Source: an uncultured Actinomycetota bacterium (lineage in GTDB: Bacteria > Actinomycetota > Actinomycetes > Streptosporangiales > Streptosporangiaceae). Taken from it: 32,000 bases of DNA. Positions 27,494 through 32,000 of the stretch are shown here, piece after piece; within the stretch, counting starts at the first letter, position 1, and every line of letters starts with the position of its first letter. The notes beneath the pieces are model-generated. The model did not search any database. It worked only from the letters and a program-made list of their open reading frames with translations, and was not told the origin of the DNA. Location: assembly GCA_963712955.1 (NCBI GenBank), contig CAVQKF010000017.1, forward strand, positions 37,739-69,738. Reading direction: 5' to 3'. Both the position numbers and the translations under genes were made by a program.

Positions 27494-29175
27494 CCGTTGA
27501 CGCAGGTGCGGCCGAACGGCTTGATCAATCGGTCTACCGCGGCACCGAATACATCTACCGCGTGCGGCGATCCGACGGCTCATGGTGCGATTACGTGTCG
27601 TCCTCGGCACTCGCGACCGGAGTCTGCCTGCTTTCGCTTCACCTGGCCGACGCGGCCCGGCACGCAGGGGAGGTGCGGCGGGGATGCGGCTGGCTGCGGG
27701 ACACCCAGCACGGCGACGGTGGCTGGGGCGACGCCGTCGTAGACAACAGCAATCTCAACTCCACCGCGTTCGCCCTGGCGGCCCTGCATCTATGTGCCCG
27801 AGACGACTCTGCCCGGGCGCTCGCCCGGGGGCACGCCTTTATCCAGCGAGCAGGCGGCCTTTCGGCGCTACGCGACCGGTCCAGGTGCTCACTCGCGCCT
27901 GTCGTCTTGACCCTGTGGGCGGTGGCCGGGCTCTGCTCCTGGCGGGACGTGCCGAGGCTACCGCTTGAGCTGGCGCTTTTCCCGCAGTCGGCCTGGCGCC
28001 GGGTCGCATTCACCGTGCCCGCGGTCTTCGCGCTCGGCCTGCTGCACGCGGGTGCCAAGGCCGTCTCCGCCCCGTTGCGCGCACTGGCGCGACACGCCGA
28101 GCCACGCGCCCTCGGCTATCTGGAGCGCTGCCAGGGCAGCAACGGCGGATATCAGGAGTCCCCGCTGCTGAACGGCGTCGTCTATGTCGGGCTACGGTGT
28201 GCCGGGCTGGCCGACCGCGTCGCTGGTCCGGTCGCTGAGCGCGTCGCTGGCCGATGCCTGGCCTATATCGCGGACACGCAGCGAGCCGATGGCTCGTGGA
28301 CCTGCGAACGGGACCTTGAGCTTTCGGTCACCACCCTGATCGTCGACGCGCTTGACGCTACTGGGCATCTCGACGAGGTGCGGCTGAAGGACACGGCCCG
28401 CTGGCTGCTCGACCGCCAGTGCGACGCGCCCTTCGACGCCACTGGATGCCCGCCGGGAGCATGGACCTGGGGTTACCCATCGGGCTGGCCGGACACCGAG
28501 GACACTGCCGGAGCGCTCTGCGCGCTGCTCCGTCTCGGCATACCTGCGACATCGGAGCAGATCAACCTCGGTTACGGGTGGCTGGCCGCCATGCAGAACC
28601 GTGCGGGCTCGTGGGGCATGTTCGTCCGGAACAGCCGGGTCACGATCGACCGGCCGTGCCCGGCGCTGACCGCCCGGGTGCTGATGGCGTTCCATAGGCG
28701 TGATCACGGCTGCGGAGAGCACGCGAGGCGCGCGCTCGAGTACCTGCGGCGGGTACAGCAGCCGGATGGCTCCTATCACTCCCTGTGGTTCAGGAATCAC
28801 ACGTACGCCACCGCCGTCGCGCTGGAGGCGCATGCGAGGTGCGACCGGCCGGACGGACCCGCGTCCGTGCGCTGTGCCCGCTGGCTGCTCGACAACCAGA
28901 ACGATGACGGAAGCTGGGGCGGTCGCCGCGGCCAGGCCGGAACCGCCGAGGAGACAGGGTCTGCCCTTGCGGCTCTTTCGAGCACCGGGCTCAGCGCGCC
29001 TGCCAGCCGCCTGGACCGGGCCGCGCGGTGGCTCATCGGAGCGCAGCAGCCAACGGGCGGATGGATTCCTTCGGTGCTGGGCGTGTACTACTCTTCACTC
29101 TGGTACAGCAGCGACCACCTGGCCAATGCGTTCGCGCTGCGTGGGCTCGGCAGGTACCGGCAGAACGCGAGCTAA
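27490..29175 (+). CDS. class II terpene cyclase (squalene-hopene cyclase-like; prenyltransferase/squalene oxidase repeats)
   Basis: The GTG at 27490 overlaps the monooxygenase stop (GTGA). It has multiple QW-type repeats (QHGDGGWG, QRADGSW, QNRAGSWG, QQPDGSY, QNDDGSWGG, QQPTGGW). The active-site-position motif WPDTEDTA lies at 28492-28509. The stop TAA lies inside the left inverted repeat of the adjacent MITE-like element. Confidence 0.85.
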   Translation: MTVDAGAAERLDQSVYRGTEYIYRVRRSDGSWCDYVSSSALATGVCLLSLHLADAARHAGEVRRGCGWLRDTQHGDGGWGDAVVDNSNLNSTAFALAALHLCARDDSARALARGHAFIQRAGGLSALRDRSRCSLAPVVLTLWAVAGLCSWRDVPRLPLELALFPQSAWRRVAFTVPAVFALGLLHAGAKAVSAPLRALARHAEPRALGYLERCQGSNGGYQESPLLNGVVYVGLRCAGLADRVAGPVAERVAGRCLAYIADTQRADGSWTCERDLELSVTTLIVDALDATGHLDEVRLKDTARWLLDRQCDAPFDATGCPPGAWTWGYPSGWPDTEDTAGALCALLRLGIPATSEQINLGYGWLAAMQNRAGSWGMFVRNSRVTIDRPCPALTARVLMAFHRRDHGCGEHARRALEYLRRVQQPDGSYHSLWFRNHTYATAVALEAHARCDRPDGPASVRCARWLLDNQNDDGSWGGRRGQAGTAEETGSALAALSSTGLSAPASRLDRAARWLIGAQQPTGGWIPSVLGVYYSSLWYSSDHLANAFALRGLGRYRQNAS

Positions 29176-29509
29176 AGATCTTTAATGGTGGGGTTACGTA
29201 GGGGTGAGATCGAGCCTGGTCTTGGCGAGGAAGCCGTCGAGCAGGCCAGGCCGGTACTGCATCCGTTTGAGCCGGGGTCTTCACCAGCGCGGTGACGAAC
29301 CTGCGGTGCACCAGCTCAGCGATCCGGGCCAGCGTCCAGCACTGATCCTCATCCCAGCCCCAGCTGGCCGGGCCAGCGTCCAGCACCGCCTCCAGCTCAC
29401 ACAACTGGGCAGCGGTGAGCTTGCAGCGGGCACCACCCGGCCCTTTCGACGCCAGTGCCGCCCTGCCACCGGCGGCTAACACCCGCCGCCACCATTAAAG
29501 ATCTTTAGC
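29171..29509. mobile_element. 339-bp MITE-like, internally deleted IS630-family element with perfect 21-bp terminal inverted repeats
   Basis: GCTAAAGATCTTTAATGGTGG (29171-29191) and its exact reverse complement (29489-29509). The interior encodes only an N-terminal IS630-type HTH fragment on the minus strand (LASKGPGGARCKLTAAQLCELEAVLDAGPASWGWDEDQCWTLARIAELVHRRF). TA dinucleotides sit at both ends, consistent with a TA target. Confidence 0.7.
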
Positions 29510-31228
29510 GGCCATGGTGTGATTTCCACAGCGTTTCCTCAGCGCCGTCCGGTCGAGTTTCCCCATGCCTGTGACCGGCATGGCCGACACGATCTCCAGC
29601 CGTTCCGGGAGCTTGAACCGCGCGACCCCCGCGCGGTTGAGGAAGGCCCTGACCTCCTGGAGCGTCAGACCGGTGTCCGCGCGAACGGTGGCGTAAAGGC
29701 AGATAGCCTCTCCCGTTAGGGCATCCGGTACCGGCACCACCGCGCACTGCGCAATGGCGGGATGTCCAGCGAGCAGTTCCTCGAGCTCGGCGGCGGAAAC
29801 CTTCTCGCCCATGACATTGACGAAATCGCGGCGGCGGCCCTCGACGACGAAATTTCCCGTCTGGTGCAGGCGCACCGCATCGCCGGTGTGGTAGTAACCG
29901 TCGGCGTCGAAGGCGTTCTCGTTGACCGGGGGCGGCGCGAGATAGCCGCCGATTGTGTAGGGCCCGCGGACAAGTAGCTCGCCGCTCTGGCCGGCTGCAA
30001 CGTCAGCGCCTGACTCGTCGACGATTCGCCATTCGTCGGCGGCCGAGGCCGGTCGGCCCTGAGTCTGCCTTATCACATCCCAGGGGTCGTCAAGGCGTGT
30101 GCAGTTAATGACACCTTCCGACATTCCGTAGACCTGCTGAACCTGGCAGCCAAGGGCGTCACGGACCTGGTCGGCGTGCTGGGCGCTAAGACGCGCACCG
30201 CCCACCTGAATAACCCTGAGGCTGGAGAGGTCTCGCCGCGCGGCGGGAACCGCGGCGGCCAGCTGCAGCGCCAGTGAGGGAACCAGCGACGTCAGTGTGA
30301 CGCGCTCCCGCTCGATCAGGGCGAGGGCGTCCTCGGCCGGATCTGGCCGGCCTATGACGACCCGGCCGCCTGCCGCGAGGACGCCAAGCACGCCGGGGCA
30401 ACCGAGGGCGAAGTTGTGCACCATCGGCAGGGCCGCGAGGTACACAGTCTGCTCGCCGACGGGGCAGACCTCGCTGCAGACGTGAACGTTGCAGACGTAG
30501 TCGCGGTGGGTGCGCGGGATGGGCTTAGGTAGCCCCGTCGTGCCAGCGGACAGCAGATAGAGGGCGACGTCGCCCGGGTGATCGGTGCCGTCACGGAGCC
30601 GGCCGTGGGAGCCGGGGCTGCTGGGGATCCGATTGCCGGGGATTGTGCTGTCCGCCGCTACGGCGGCTGGGGGCACGCAGCCGCCGGGCAGGCATATCGC
30701 AGCAAGATCGATCTCACCGTCGCCGAGAGGTACGCGGCCGAGCACGATGAGGTGATCGAGCCATGGCTGCTCAGCGTGGAGCTTGCGCGCCGACTCCAGC
30801 GCATAGCTCGATCTGACGGGCGCGTGCAACACGTACGCATGAGGCTTCGATAGCTCGCCGACGTGGCGGATCTCCCGCTCGCGCAACGAGGGCAGCGTCA
30901 GCACCGGCCTGGCGCCCAGCTGGATGAGCGCCAGCATCGTGGTGACAAGCTCGGCGCTGTTTGGCAACTGGAGCAGCACGCGATCATGTCGGCGCAGCCC
31001 TGCCGACCACAGCCGGGAGGCGGCAAGGTCGACAGCCGCGGCGAGATGCCCATAACTGATCCGTTGCCGGTCACAGACCAAAGCCACCGCGTCCCGGCGC
31101 CGCGCCGCATGCCGCATGACGAGTTCGTGCAGGAGGCCGTCACCCCACAGGCCGCGGGCGCGGTACCGTGCAACCACATCCGCGGGCGGGAGGACGACAC
31201 CGTCCGCACGCGCTGTGTGGGCAGTCAT
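29495..31228 (-). CDS. aryl-acid (salicylate / 2,3-dihydroxybenzoate)-AMP ligase, MbtA/DhbE/EntE family
   Basis: 577 aa. It has the N-terminal Y...G.W pattern of aryl-acid adenylases and the adenylation cores LSAGTTGLPKPIPRTHRDY, YHTGD, GEKVSAAELE and TGMGKLDR. The last five codons and the stop lie inside the right inverted repeat of the MITE-like element. Confidence 0.85.
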   Translation of the reverse strand: MTAHTARADGVVLPPADVVARYRARGLWGDGLLHELVMRHAARRRDAVALVCDRQRISYGHLAAAVDLAASRLWSAGLRRHDRVLLQLPNSAELVTTMLALIQLGARPVLTLPSLREREIRHVGELSKPHAYVLHAPVRSSYALESARKLHAEQPWLDHLIVLGRVPLGDGEIDLAAICLPGGCVPPAAVAADSTIPGNRIPSSPGSHGRLRDGTDHPGDVALYLLSAGTTGLPKPIPRTHRDYVCNVHVCSEVCPVGEQTVYLAALPMVHNFALGCPGVLGVLAAGGRVVIGRPDPAEDALALIERERVTLTSLVPSLALQLAAAVPAARRDLSSLRVIQVGGARLSAQHADQVRDALGCQVQQVYGMSEGVINCTRLDDPWDVIRQTQGRPASAADEWRIVDESGADVAAGQSGELLVRGPYTIGGYLAPPPVNENAFDADGYYHTGDAVRLHQTGNFVVEGRRRDFVNVMGEKVSAAELEELLAGHPAIAQCAVVPVPDALTGEAICLYATVRADTGLTLQEVRAFLNRAGVARFKLPERLEIVSAMPVTGMGKLDRTALRKRCGNHTMAAKDL

Positions 31229-31256
31229 AATGTGCGCGGCGTGTGAACCCCCGCGT

Positions 31257-32000
<744 letters not shown>

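Overview
High-G+C actinomycete-type DNA with a strong G/C bias at third codon positions and no rRNA, tRNA or CRISPR that I could recognise. The window has two parts.

(1) About 1-18.5 kb is a mixed accessory region. Intact genes are a class I glutamine amidotransferase, an acetamidase/formamidase, a GatB/YqeY protein, a CoA-binding protein, a 621-aa Cys-rich secreted protein, a secreted PQQ-like beta-propeller and a PadR regulator. They are interleaved with an unusual density of gene remnants and frame-disrupted genes:
- a CocE/NonD 3' remnant
- a truncated YVTN propeller
- pirin
- an amidohydrolase
- an ABC-2 permease fragment
- a Yx(FWY)xxD lipoprotein
- a one-ended IS6 remnant
- a membrane WD40 protein
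- three copies of an unnamed paralog family

(2) About 18.6-32.0 kb looks like one biosynthetic gene cluster that mixes three kinds of genes:
- Terpenoid genes: ispG, a collapsed dxs remnant, and a squalene-epoxidase-like FAD monooxygenase translationally coupled to a class II terpene cyclase with a DTEDTA motif.
- Tailoring genes: two P450s and a ketopantoate-reductase-family enzyme.
- Aryl-acid/NRPS-type genes: an MbtI-like salicylate synthase, an MbtA/DhbE-like aryl-AMP ligase, a stand-alone condensation domain and MbtH.

The most striking non-genic signals are:
- 11.5 perfect tandem copies of a 17-bp palindrome-bearing unit in the divergent promoter region of the cluster
- a 339-bp IS630-derived MITE-like element with perfect 21-bp inverted ends between two convergent cluster genes
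- a 34-bp hairpin present twice

All family calls come from motif recognition by eye. No database search was possible.
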